A stretch of DNA of 61,850 bases, filler included, from Chiloscyllium plagiosum (taxonomy: Eukaryota): the NCBI RefSeq assembly GCF_004010195.1. It is 4 parts of one record of this genome, joined end to end, with 100 filler letters (N's around TTAATTAATTAA, not from the genome) between each part and the next. Parts side by side here need not be neighbours in the genome. Positions count along the whole stretch, not along the records: positions 11,206 to 28,201 come from NC_057712.1; positions 28,302 to 41,552 come from NC_057712.1; 2 more parts are not named here. One strand, written 5' to 3'. Both the position numbers and the translations under genes were made by a program. The notes beneath the pieces are model-generated. The model was not told where the DNA came from and did no database searches. It worked only from the letters and a program-made list of their open reading frames with translations. Positions within the stretch are counted from its first letter, which is position 1. Each line of letters opens with the position of its first letter. This document shows, in pieces, positions 24,736 to 37,213 of the stretch.

Positions 24736-27700
24736 AAGAGAGGAGAGTAAAATAAGCACTACCTGAATAAAGATTTGTGCACTGTGTCTTTCACTGTGTC
24801 TCACACCTGCACACACACACACCATGGAAAAAAAAAGAAAAGAGAGGAGAGTAAAATAAGCACTACCGCAATTAGGCGGTAGTGTGGGGATTAAATATGA
24901 AAAAAGAAAAAAAAGAGGAGAGTTTCCCCCTCCAACTCTATTTTGATTTAGTCCCTACCCTCCCCTTCACTGTTTGATCACACAGCACTGCCCTTTGATG
25001 TGAAGAGCAGTGTTTGTCACTGGCCACCCGGGTGTTTGCCTATTGTGAGTGTATGTGCAAGGACTCTCCTTGAAGGGGACTATCCCTGGACTAGCTGCCC
25101 TACAGAGAGAGGAAGGAAGAAAGAAGAAGGAGAAGAAGAGACCAGCACTCCCACTACTGGTCTCTGGGACACCGCCCAGACTTGCCTCAGCTGTTGCTGC
25201 CTGGGACTTGCCTTGGGGCCCCTCCCAGGACCTTCACCACTGCTGCTGTTACTAGAGGCCCACCTCCTCCACTGCTGCTGCCTGGGACTCAATTTTGGGG
25301 CTGCCTGGGACTTGCCTTGGGGCCCCTCCCCAACAGGCCTGCCCCCACCACTGCGACCAAGGGCCTGCCCAGGACTTGCCAGAGGCCTGCCTCCACCGCT
25401 GCTGTTGCCAGAGGTCTGCCTCCACCACCGCTGCCTGGGACTTGCCTTGGGCCCCTCCCCAGGATCTCCACCACTGCCACTGCTGGAGTCCCACCTCCAC
25501 CACTGCCGCCTGGGACTCAATTTTGGGGCTGCCTGGGACTTGCCTTGGGGACCCTCCCCAACAGGTCTGCCCCCTCACCGCTGCTACCAAAGGCCTACCC
25601 AGGACTTGCCTGAGGCTTGCCTCCACTGCTGCCGCTGCCTGGGACTCGCCTTGGGCCACTCCACCACTACTGCCTGGGACTCAATTTTGGGGCTGCCTGG
25701 GACTTGCCTTGGGGACCCTCCCCAACAGGTCTGCCCCCACCGCTGCGACCGAGGGCCAACCTGGGACTCGCCCGAGGCCTGCCTCTACTGCTGTTGCCTG
25801 AGGCCTGCCCCCACCACCGCTGCCTGGGACTCGCCTTGGCCCCTCCCTACAACCTCCACCACTGCTGCTGCCAGAGGCCCACCTCCACCGCTGCTGCCTG
25901 GGGCCTACCAATATCCAGCAGCAGAATATGACGAGCCCAAAGGTCGCAGGGCCCAGCCGCACCTACGCCAGGGTAGCCGCTGCCTTAGGCTCGGCTGTCA
26001 CAACCCCGGCCGCAACCGCAACCCCCTTCAGGCACCTAACCAAACGCCTGGGGGTAAAGGCCTATCCCCACCCCAATATGACCATCGAGGCCTGCAGCAA
26101 GGCCATGGCTAGTGTGGTCAGCCCACTGGCCATTGTCGCTGCGGCCCGGATGTACGGGAAGGCCGTATTTTTCCTGAAGACNNNNNNNNNNNNNNNNNNN
26201 NNNNNNNNNNNNNNNNNNNNNNNNNNNNNNNNNNNNNNNNNNNNNNNNNNNNNNNNNNNNNNNNNNNNNNNNNNNNNNNNNNNNNNNNNNNNNNNNNNNN
26301 NNNNNNNNNNNNNNNNNNNNNNNNNNNNNNNNNNNNNNNNNNNNNNNNNNNNNNNNNNNNNNNNNNNNNNNNNNNNNNNNNNNNNNNNNNNNNNNNNNNN
26401 NNNNNNNNNNNNNNNNNNNNNNNNNNNNNNNNNNNNNNNNNNNNNNNNNNNNNNNNNNNNNNNNNNNNNNNNNNNNNNNNNNNNNNNNNNNNNNNNNNNN
26501 NNNNNNNNNNNNNNNNNNNNNNNNNNNNNNNNNNNNNNNNNNNNNNNNNNNNNNNNNNNNNNNNNNNNNNNNNNNNNNNNNNNNNNNNNNNNNNNNNNNN
26601 NNNNNNNNNNNNNNNNNNNNNNNNNNNNNNNNNNNNNNNNNNNNNNNNNNNNNNNNNNNNNNNNNNNNNNNNNNNNNNNNNNNNNNNNNNNNNNNNNNNN
26701 NNNNNNNNNNNNNNNNNNNNNNNNNNNNNNNNNNNNNNNNNNNNNNNNNNNNNNNNNNNNNNNNNNNNNNNNNNNNNNNNNNNNNNNNNNNNNNNNNNNN
26801 NNNNNNNNNNNNNNNNNNNNNNNNNNNNNNNNNNNNNNNNNNNNNNNNNNNNNNNNNNNNNNNNNNNNNNNNNNNNNNNNNNNNNNNNNNNNNNNNNNNN
26901 NNNNNNNNNNNNNNNNNNNNNNNNNNNNNNNNNNNNNNNNNNNNNNNNNNNNNNNNNNNNNNNNNNNNNNNNNNNNNNNNNNNNNNNNNNNNNNNNNNNN
27001 NNNNNNNNNNNNNNNNNTGCCCCGCCCGCCCTCACCTGATAAACCAGGAGCGGGGCAGGAAGTGACACGGCTGACCCTTCCCACCCTGGCCACGCCCCAT
27101 CCTCCCCAGCCAATCGTATTCCTGGAAAGGCAGGGGGGGGGGGACCTCGGGCCCCATGACCACCGAGGCAGGCAGGCGGGCGGGGCGGGGCAGGCCCATG
27201 AATTCCCTCCTGTCTCTCTGGGGAAGAGGCACCGGCCCCTGGAGGGGAGAGACACTGCAGCAGTGCGCCGGCGGCGCTGCCCCTCTCCAGGGGACGAGCC
27301 AACGGTGCCCCACGACTGTCCCGCACCGCGGCTCGACTTACCAAAACCCCCAGGGGCTACAGCCGGGCCTCCTGCTGCCTCGACTCCTCCGGCCCCTGGG
27401 GAGGACCTTAATAACTACGAGAGCCGTGGTGCGGGCGACAATGGAGGACCCTCTGCTGGGTCGTCGAGCGGTGGAGGGGAGGAAGGTGTTATCCTCGCTC
27501 CTCCCTCCCAGACTGTGTTTCCGGGGGCCTTGGCCCTGGGGGATGATCTTTTCCTGGGGGATGACCTTTTCCCCGAGGAGCCGGGCGTCCGGGTGTCGGG
27601 AGAGGAGCGGGGCCCCGAGCCTCTGCCGCCCGACGACCCGAACTCGGGGTGTTCCGGGAAGGGGTGCGCCGAGGAAGGTACCGCCGGTGACCCTGGGGGT

Positions 27701-28201
27701 GGGGTCGCAGGGGTTTTGAGGCCGGTTGGCAGCGCCGGACCAGCCCCCATCCTCTCGGTGGGGGAGGGGTCGGTGATCGAGGGCGACCTCCCGGAGGAGG
27801 GTTCGGGATCGGTGGCGGACACCGGGGACGACGCGGACTCCGTCTGCAGTGACATTTTTGAGACCCAGGTGACCCCCACCGATCTCCCCCTCATCCCCCT
27901 TGAGGAACTCTGGGAATTTGACGAGGAAACTCGGAGTCGCCGGGATAGAGCCCAACTGGCGCTCGACCGCTGGAGCTCCTTCGAAAAAGTTTACTAGTCG
28001 GCCCACGCTGCTCGCCAGGCGCCTGGGCTCGACATAAATGAGCGAAAGCGAGTCAGGAACTTCCTGGGGGCACTCCTGGTGAGGGCGAGGGACTTCAGTG
28101 CCCCTCCCTCGTCCTCCCTGTAAATATGTAGATAGGTTTGTTATCTGTACTGGTGGTGGTTGCACAACGCTTCCGACATGGAGACAACTATAGCCAGCCT
28201 C
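24736..28201 (+). mobile_element. Tx1-clade non-LTR retrotransposon, copy 1 (gapped, ends at the linker just after the ORF2 start)
   Basis: 3'-end-derived prefix, repeat-rich 5' UTR, ORF1 from ATG 25928 to ~28123 (premature TAG at 27997), ORF2 start METTIASL at 28178. Confidence 0.85.
25150..25910 (+). repeat. Tandem GC-rich monomers in the Tx1 5' UTR (copy 1)
   Basis: Recurrent CTGCCTGGGACT(T/C)GCCTTGGGG and AATTTTGGGG at 25291, 25519, 25683. Confidence 0.85.
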
Positions 28202-28301
28202 NNNNNNNNNNNNNNNNNNNNNNNNNNNNNNNNNNNNNNNNNNNNTTAATTAATTAANNNNNNNNNNNNNNNNNNNNNNNNNNNNNNNNNNNNNNNNNNN
28301 N
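28202..28301. other. Artificial scaffold linker N44-TTAATTAATTAA-N44
   Basis: Exactly 100 bp with a six-frame stop core. Confidence 0.95.
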
Positions 28302-28725
28302 ATAGACTGCTGCTGCACACCGTCCACCTCTTAAGAAAAAAAAAAAAAAATGAGTATCCCCTGGAGTTGTTCAGGGAGAGGTGGGTGCCGCAGGGAGTGG
28401 AGTGCATCATTTCTCCCTCCAATTCTATTTTGATTTAGTCCCTACCCTCCCCTTCACTGTTTTGATCACACAGCACTGCCCTTTGATGTGAAGGACAGTG
28501 TTTGTCACTGGCCACCCGGGTGTTTTCCTATCTTCCTGGTGGTGGAAATTGAATAAAGATTCATGCACCTTGTGTCTCTCACTGTGTCTCACACCTGCAC
28601 ACACACACACCATGGGTGCTGGGGGAAAATAAGAATATAATAACAAAGAGAGGAGAGTAAAATAAGCACTACCGCAATTAGGCGGTAGTGTGGGGATTAA
28701 ATATAAAAAAAGAAAAAAAAAAGAG
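28302..28725 (+). mobile_element. Tx1 3' end (ORF2 C-terminus, 3' UTR, hairpin, A-rich tail)
   Basis: Matches 37135-37455; preceded by a short ORF2 fragment matching ~36630 followed by poly(A). Confidence 0.85.
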
Positions 28726-29079
28726 TTTCCCCCTCCAACTCTATTTTGATTTAGTCCCTACCCTCCCCTTCACTGTTTTGATCACACAGCATTGCCCTTT
28801 GATGCGAAGGGCAGTGCTTGTCACTGGCCACTCGGGTGTTTGCCTCTCTTGAGAATTAGATCGGTGTGAGTGAGTGTGCACACGTGCAAGGACTCTCCTC
28901 CTTGAAGGGGCCTGTCCCTGGACTAGCTGCCCCACATCGGGAGAGAGAGGAAAGAAGAAGAGGAGGCAGAAGCAGAAGGAGGTGAGAGATTTTGAGTCTG
29001 GGGCCTACTTTTGGAGCTGCAGCCTGGGCCTCACCCAGGTCAAGGGAGTGTTGCTGCTGACCTGGGGGCCCACTCCCAC

Positions 29080-30200
29080 TGCTGGCATCTGGGACCCTGC
29101 CCGGACCTGCCTCAGCTGTTGCTGCTTGGGGCCTGCCTCACTGCTGCTGCCTGGGACTTGCCTTGGGACCCCTCCCAGGACTTCCACCACTGCTGCTGTT
29201 ACTAGAGGTCCACCTCCACTGCTGCTGCCTGGGACTTGCCTTGGGTACCCTCCCCAACAGACCTGCCCCCACCGCTGCAACCAAGGGCCTGCCTAGGACT
29301 TGCCTGAGGCCTGCCTACAACGCTGAGGCCTGCCTCCACCACTGCTGCCTGGGACTCGCCTTGGGTCCCCTCCACCACTACTGCCTGGGACTCAATTTTG
29401 GGGCTGCCTGGGACTTGCCTTGGGGACCCTCCCCAACAGGCCTGCCCCCCACCGCTGCTGCAACCAAGGGCCTGCCTAGGACTTGCCAGAGGCCTGCCTC
29501 CACTGCTGCTGTTGTCTGAGGCCTGCCTCCACCACTGCTGCCTGGGACTTGCCTTGGGGCCCCTTCCCCACAACCTCCACCACTACTGCTGCCTGGGACT
29601 TGCCTTGGGGACCCTCCCCAACAGGTCTGCCCCCCACCGCTGCGACTGAGGGCCTCCCTCCACTGCTGCTGTTGTCTGAGGCCTGCCTCCACCACCGCTG
29701 CCTGGGACTCGCCTTGGGGCCCCTCCCCACAGCCTCCACCGCTGCTACTGCCTGGGACTCAATCTCGGGCCTGCCTGGGACTTGCCTTGGGGACCCTCCC
29801 CAACAGGTCTGCCCCCACTGCTGCAACCAAGGGAACTGCCTAGGACTCGCCAGAGGCCTGCCTCCACTGTTGCTGTCGCCTGAGGCCTGCCTCCACCACC
29901 GCTGCCTGGGATTCGCCTTGGGGGCCCTCCCCACAGCCTCCACTGCTGCTACTGCCTGGGACTCTATTTTGGGGCTGCCTGCGACTTGCCTTGGGGACTC
30001 TCCCCAACAGGTCTGCCCCCACCACTGCGACTGAGGGCCTACCTTGGACTCGCCTGAGGCCTGCTTCCACCACTGCTGTTGCCTGAGGCAGGTCTCCACT
30101 GTCGCTGCCTGGGACTTGGGTGACTCGCCTTGGGCCCCTCCCCACAACCTCCACGACTGCTGCTACTAGGGGCCCACCTCCACCGCTGCCTGGGGCACAA
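29080..30200 (+). repeat. Tandem GC-rich monomers in the Tx1 5' UTR (copy 2)
   Basis: Same modules as 25150-25910 but with more units. Confidence 0.85.
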
Positions 30201-30216
30201 TATCCAGCAGCAGAAT

Positions 30217-33200
30217 ATGGCAAGCCCGAAGGTCGCGGGGCCCAGCCACACCTACGCCAGGGTAGCCGCTGCCTTAGGCTCGGCTGTCACAACCCCGGCC
30301 TCGGCTGCAACCCCCTTCAGGCACTTAACTAAACGCCTGGGGGTAAAGGCCTATCCCCACCCCAATATGACCATCGAGGCCTGCAGCAAGGCCATGGCTA
30401 GTGTGGTCAGCCCACTGGCTATCGTCGCTGCGGCCCAGATGTACGGGAAGGCCGTCTTCTTCCTGAAGACCAAGCAGGCGGTCCACCTGGCCGTGGAGAG
30501 GGGGCTCACTGTGGGCGGGACACACTTGCCCGTCGACCCTCTGGAGGTTACGGCCCAGAGTGTCGTGATCTCTAACGTCCCGCCCTTCATTTCGAGCGAG
30601 CTCCTTCTCCCCCACCTCACCACCTTGGGGGAGATCCGGTCAGGGGTCCAGCCGCTCCTGCTCGGTCTGAAGGACCCTGCTCTCCGACACATATACTCCT
30701 TCCGGCGCCAGGTGTTTATTTGCCTGGCCCGGGAGGAGGTCACCGAGGACACTTTCACCGTCCTCCACGAGGGAGCGGCCTACCGCGCCTTCTGGACGGC
30801 GGATGGCGTGCGGTGCCACCTGTGCCGCGAGGTGGGGCACATAAGAAAAAACTGCCCCACCCAGAAGGCTGCCCAGCCCGTGCCAATGGCTGATGGTGCC
30901 ACCGCACCCACTCCCCCTCCCCCGAAGCCAACACCTCAAGCCCCGGAACCGGAGGCTTCCAATGCTTCAGCCTCTGGCAGGGAGGGGGGGTGAATGCCCG
31001 GCCGGCCAGAAGGCGCCGAAGAAGACGCAACGCGTCAGGTCCGCCCACGGGGAGACCACCCTATCCCCTTCCCCGACACCTAGCCCACACCCTGCCCCGC
31101 CCCGCCCCGGCATGACAATGCCATTGCAGCCGTGCCAGCATCGCCCCGGCACGGGAACCCTGACCCCCAAACCCGTACCTGATCCTAACCCCACTGACCA
31201 CACGTCCAATCCCCCCACCCCGATGGAGAAACCCCTCGGGCTTCAACGCCTGCCCCTGGCACCGTGACACCTGGCCCGGGGGCCCCTGAGCCCAAATACC
31301 GCCCCACCCTGGCACTAACCTGGGGGGAACCACCGCTGCCCCACCTCCCGCAGCGACCGTGTCTCTGGGCCCCGGAGAGGGAACTGGACCCCTGCCACGC
31401 CCGCCCTCACCTGATAAACCAGGGGCGGGGCAGGAAGTGACACGGCTGACCCTGGCCACGCCCCCTGTCTTCCCCCAGCCAATCGTATTCCGGGAAAGGC
31501 TGGGGGGAGGGACCCCAGGCCCCATGACCACCGAGGCGGGCGGGGAGGGTAAGGCCCATAAATCCACCCCGGTCTCTCTGGGGAAGAGGCACTGGCCCTT
31601 GGAGGGGAGAAACATTCTAGCAACGTGCTGGTGGCGCTGCCCCTCCAGGGGATGAGCCAACGGTGCCTCGCGACTGTCCCGCACCGTGGCCCGGCCTACC
31701 TGAACCCCCAGGGGCTACAGCAGGGCCTTCTGCTGCCTCAACTCCTCCGGCCCCTGGGGAGGACCTTAATAACTACGCGGGCCGTGGTGCGGGCTACAAC
31801 GGAGGACCCTTGCTGGGTCGTCGAGGGGAGGAGGGTGTTATTCTCGCTCCTCCCTCCCAGACTGTTTTTCCGTGGGCCTTGGCCCTGGCGGAGGACCTTT
31901 TCCCCGAGGAGTCGGGCATCCCGGTGTCGGGAGAAGAGCGGGGCCCTGAGCCTCTGCCGCCCGACGACCCGAACTCGAGGCGTTCTGGGAAGGGGTGCAC
32001 CGAGGAAGGTACTGCCAGTGACCCTGGGGGTGGGGTTGCCAGGGGTTTGAGGCCGGTTGGCGGCGCCGGACCAGCCCCCATCCTCTTGGTGGGGGAGGGG
32101 TCGGTGATCGAGGGCGACCTCCCGGAGGAGGGTTCGGGATCGGTGGCGGACACCGGGGACGACGCGGACTCTGTCTGCAGCGATATTTTCGAATCCTAGG
32201 TGCCCCCCACTGATCTCCCCCTCATCCCCCTCGAGGAACTCTGGGAATTTGTCAAGGAAACTCGGAGTCGCCGGGATAGAGCCCAACTGGCGCTCGACCG
32301 CTGGAGCTCTTTNNNNNNNNNNNNNNNNNNNNNNNNNNNNNNNNNNNNNNNNNNNNNNNNNNNNNNNNNNNNNNNNNNNNNNNNNNNNNNNNNNNNNNNN
32401 NNNNNNNNNNNNNNNNNNNNNNNNNNNNNNNNNNNNNNNNNNNNNNNNNNNNNNNNNNNNNNNNNNNNNNNNNNNNNNNNNNNNNNNNNNNNNNNNNNNC
32501 TGCCTCGACTCCTCCGACCCCTGGGGAGGACCTTAATAACTACGAGGGCCGTGGTGCGGGCGATGGCGGAGGACCCTCTGCTGGGTCGTCGAGGGGAGGA
32601 GGGTGTTATTCTTGCTCCTCCCTCCCAGACTGTTTTTCCATGGGCCTTGGCCCTGGGGGAGGACCTTTTCCCCGAGGAGTCGGACGTCCCGGTGTCGGTA
32701 GAGGAGCGGGGCCCCGAGCCTCTGCCGCCTGACGACCCGAACTCTGGGCGTTCTGGGAAGGGGTGCACCGAGGAAGGTACTGCCAGTGACCCTGGGGGTG
32801 GGGTCGCAGGGGGTTTGAGGCCGGTTGGCGGCGCCGGACCAGCCCCCATCCTCTCGGTGGGGGAGGGGTCGATGATCGAGGGCGACCTCCCGGAGGAGTG
32901 TTTGGGATCGGTGGCGGACACCGGGGACGACGCGGACTCCGTCTGCAGTGACTTTTTTGAGTCCCGGGTGCCCCCCACTGATCTCCCCCTCATCCCCCTC
33001 GAGGAACTCTGGGAATTTGTCAAGGAATCTCGGAGTCGCCGGGATAGAGCCCAACTGGCACTCGACCACTGGAGTTCCTTTGAAAGAGTTTACTGGTCGG
33101 CCCACGCTGCTCGCCAGGCGCCTGGGCTCGACATAAATGAGCGAAAGCGAGTCAAAAACTTCCTGGGGGCACTCCTGGTGAGGGCGAGGGACTTCAGTGC

Positions 33201-33222
33201 CCCTCCCTCGTCCTCCCTGTAA
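30217..33222 (+). pseudogene. Tx1 ORF1 (gag-like zinc knuckle protein), frameshifted, 3' part duplicated across a gap
   Basis: TYARVAA, GKAVFFLK, VVISNVPPFI, SFRRQVF, CHLCREVGHIRKNCP (CCHC); Pro/acid-rich C-terminal half. Confidence 0.85.
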
Positions 33223-33276
33223 ATATGTAGATAGGTTTGCTATCTGTACTGGTGGTGGTTGCACAACGCTTCCGAC

Positions 33277-36200
33277 ATGGAGACAACTCTAGCCAGCCTC
33301 AACATCAACGGCAGCAGGGAGTCACAGCGCAGATTCCAGACCCTCTTGGTCCTCCTGCAAGAAACCCACACTACCCCGGGAGACGAAGCCACCTGGCTCC
33401 TGGAGTGGCGGGGGGGGGGTCTACATGAGTCACCTCACCCGCAGATCTGGCGGGGTGGCTATCCTGTTGGCCCCGCATTTTCAGCCAGAGATCTTGGGGG
33501 TCAGGGAGCCTGTGCCAGGCCGTTTGCTTCTCCTGACAGTTCGGCTGGGGGGCGCTGTCCTTCACGGTGAACGTCTACGCTCCCCTGGCCGGGCCGAGGC
33601 AAGCGAGCTTCTTCGGAGAACCAGTGCATCGTCCTCGGGGGAGATTTTAACTGCATCCTCGAGGGCAGGGACCACGGCGGTGCCCGCACTGGCTGGATGT
33701 CGGGGAGGAGGTTAGGGGACTTGGTCAAGTCCTTCGTCCTGGTGGACGTCTGGCGGAATCTCCATCCCGACTCCATCGCTTTCACCTTCGTGAGGCCTGG
33801 GGTCGGAGCATCCAGAATCGACCGCCTGTACGTTTCGCGGGCATATGCCTCCTGTTTTCCGAACGCCTCTACCCGGCAGGTGTCGTGCACGGACCCACAC
33901 CTGGTGTGGGCGGAACTCCTTCTGTTCGGCGCCAGGCTCGGCTCCGCGTACTGGCACTTTAACAACCTGATGCTGGAGGACGAGCGGTTCCGGGACTCAT
34001 TTTGTCGTTTCTGGGCCGGCTGGAGATGGAAGCGGGGAAGCTTCCCCTCCCTGAGGCTATGGTGGGACGTGGGCAAGGCTCACGTCCGCGTCTTCTGTCA
34101 GGGGTACGCGAGGGGGTCGACGAAGAGGCGGAAATCCAGGATCGGGGAGTTGGAGAGGGAGATGCTTGACCTGGAGTCACGCCTCGGTCAGCCCGACGCG
34201 GACCCGGCCCTGGGCGGGGCTTACGAAGAGAAGAAGGCCGCGCTCCGGGACATGCAGCTCGTCGGGGCGCGTACGTGAGGTCGCGGATCCAGGACCTGGA
34301 CCACGGCTCCCCCTTCTTCTACTCGCTGGAAAAAAGGTGTGGCACCCATCAGGAGCTCCTTGTGCTGCTGGCTGGCGACGGGTCCCTCGTCTCGGATCCG
34401 GAGGGCGTCAGGGCCCACGTCCGAAACTATTACACGGCTCTGTTCTCTCCGGATCCGTCCAGCGAGGATGCCCGCAGAGTTCTCTGGGAGGACCTGCCGC
34501 AGCTCGGCCCGGAGGACGCCGGAAGGCTCGACGCTCCCGTCACTTTAGAGGAGCCGACCGGCTCTCGAGGGGCAAGTCCCCGGGGCTGGACGGGCTGACT
34601 GTGGAGTTCTTCAGGGCGTTTTGGGACGTCCTGGGGAGCGACTACGCACAGGTCCTGGAGGAGTGTCTACATGCCGGAGAGCTGCCCCTTTCTTGGTGCA
34701 GGGCAGTCATCGTCCTGCTCCAAAGAAGGGGGACCTTCGTTCTTTAAAGAACTGGCGTCTGGTCTCCCTCCTCAGCACAGACTACAAAATCTTCGCCAGG
34801 GTTCCGTGCTGGCCCACATGATTCACCCAGACCAGTCCTACACAGTCCCGGGCCGGATACACGACAACGTCCACCTGGTCCGGGACCTGATCCATCTCTG
34901 TCAACGGGCTGGTCTGCCGAGCGCCTTCCTGTCTCTCGACCAGGAGAAGGCGTTCGACAGGGTCGATCACGAGTACCTGCTCGGGACTCTGCAGGACACA
35001 TTTCTTCGCCCAGATCCGACTTTTGTACGCCGCCGCAGAGTGTCTGGTTAAAGTTAACGGGTCCCTGACGGCGCCCCTTCGCTTCGGGAGAGGAGTGCGT
35101 CAAGGCTGCCCCCTGTCCGGCCAGCTGTATTCCCTGTGCGTGGAGCCTTTCCTGCGCCACTTGCGGAGGAGGTTGTCGGGGCTGGTTCTGCGCGGCGCGG
35201 GCACGGGGGTGGTCCCCTCGGCCTACGCCGACGACGTGCTCCTCACTTTCACCGACCCGGCTGACCTGGGGAGGATGCGCGAGTGCCAGGCCGTGTACCC
35301 GGCGGCGTCTTCCGCCAGGATCAACTGGGCCAAATGTTCCGGACTACTGGTCGGCCCGTGGCGGGTGGACTCTCTGCCGGAGGAGTTACGGGGGTTCAGC
35401 TGGAGTACCACCCATCTCCTCTACCTGGGGGTCTACCCCAGCCCGGCTGAGGAATCCTGGCCGGCCAACTGGCCACACACACACCATGGGTGCTGGGGAA
35501 AAAATAAGCACTACTGCACTTAGGTGGTAGTGTGGGGGGGAAAAAAAAAAACAGTAAATAGAGCACTACAGCAGTTAGGCGGTAGTGTGGGAAAAAGAAT
35601 AAAGAGCACTGTAGTAAAAAAAAAGGAGTTAAAAAAAATAAATAAGCACATAGGGTTCTATTCACTCTGAGAGCTGGAGAAGAGAAAAAAAAATTCTGTT
35701 TATGGCCAACTGGCAGGAGCTGGAGGCCAAAGTCTCGGCTCGCCTAGGCCGCTGGACAGGACTGCTCCGAGTGCTATCTTACAGGAGTCGAGTGCTGGTC
35801 ATAAACCAGCTGGTGGCCGCCATGCTGTGGTACCGGCTGGTCACTTTGGTCCCTCCTCCTGGCTTTGTCGCTGACATCCAGAGAACGTTGGTCGATTTCT
35901 TCTGGGACAAAAAGATGCACTGGGTCGCCGGGCAGGTTCTGAGCCTCCCTATTGAGGAGGGCGGTCAGTCGCTGATGTGCATCCGCACCCAGGTCGCGAC
36001 ATTCTGCCTTCAGACCTTGCGGCGATAGCTTTACGTCGAGCCTCCTAGGTGGTGCGCCCTGGCGACGTATTTTTTCCGCCAGGTGCGTAACCTCAACTAC
36101 AACACGCAGCTCCTGTTCGACCGTGACGGTTTGGAGGTCTCCCTCAAGACATTGCCTGTCTTTTACCAGGACCTGATCACTGTCTGGAACATGGTCGAAT

Positions 36201-37213
36201 CGCACCGCGCCTACCCTCCGGCAGGAGTAGTGGCTGTCGTCAGGGAGCCGTTGCTCAGGAATCCTTACTCGTGGGTTCGAGTGGCTGTCGGAGGGGAGGG
36301 CCATGGCGGCGAGGGCGACCAGGGTCTGGTACGTGCTGGGTGCCAGGGGCCTGGGCTGGACGCTGCCGTAGGACGTAGCGAGTAGGGCAGTGGTAGACAT
36401 CCAGTACGTGGCCACCGCCATCCGACGCCTTAAGATGGTGGTGCTTGGACCTGATCATAGTGCACCAGTTGGAGGACACTCAGATGTGCGGTCACCCCAG
36501 CCCGGACGGAATTTCACATTGGCCCCAAGGTCCCGTACTTCCCGCGGGAGCCCGTGCCCCACAACCTGAGCCGCCTCCGGAAGTTTAATTTTTGTTCCCT
36601 TTAAGGAGGTAAAAAGGCGGGCCCTGTATCTGCTGCTGCACACCATCCACCTCTTCTCCCTCATCCACCGTCCGGACACGCCTTGGCGTGCCCATTCCCC
36701 AGTGGAGGGCTCTCTATGCAGGAGTCCTCCCCCTATATCTCTGGGGTGGAGGGTGCTGCACGCAGCGGTCCCCTGCAACCGCAGATTGCGGTGGTTCACG
36801 GACTCCCAGCCCAACTGCTTGTCCTGTGGAGTCCGTGGACCATGTATATATTGGGTGTGGGCGTTTGCACTCCCTTTTTGATTTTCTGAAAAAACCTCCT
36901 CCTCTGTTTTTGGTTGCACTTCAGTCCCACGCTCCTGATCTTTGGGCACCCGGTACGGAGGAGGGAGGGCAGGTCTGAAGACCTCCTCGTGGGTCTGCTC
37001 CTGGGTCTGGCCATCAACAGGTTGAGGCAGCGGGCCGTGGAGGGGGTCATTCGCGCTAACTGCCTGCCCCTCTTCCGTGGTTACATTAGGGCCCGGGTGT
37101 CCTTGGAGAAGGAGCACGTGGTGTCCACCAACACCCTGGAGTTGTTCAGGAAGAGGTGGGCGCCGCAGGGAGTGGAGTGCATTATTTCCCCCTCCAACTC
37201 CATTTTGATTTAG
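33277..37213 (+). pseudogene. Tx1 ORF2 (APE endonuclease + reverse transcriptase), many frameshifts
   Basis: ASLNING, LLQETH, GGDFN, SRIDRLY, KSPGLDGLTVEFF, SLDQEKAFDRVDH, GVRQGCPLSG, SAYADDV, ES.DH.YIGC; stop at 37213. Confidence 0.9.
35474..35703 (+). mobile_element. Concatenated Tx1 3'-end fragments inserted into Tx1 ORF2
   Basis: CACACACCATGGGTGCTGGGG, repeated GCACTAC..GGTAGTG hairpins and A-tracts; 11-bp TSD GGCCAACTGGC at 35463-35473 and 35704-35714. Confidence 0.85.

Noticed and set aside
25000..26112. 370-aa Leu/Pro/Cys-rich ORF and overlapping ORFs at 28874-30330
   Set aside because: Translations of GC-rich 5' UTR monomers, open in most frames and not conserved in frame between the two copies.
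26062..27344. Long ORFs running through N gaps (also 32196-33222, 43209-43528)
   Set aside because: Their length is an artefact of N runs.
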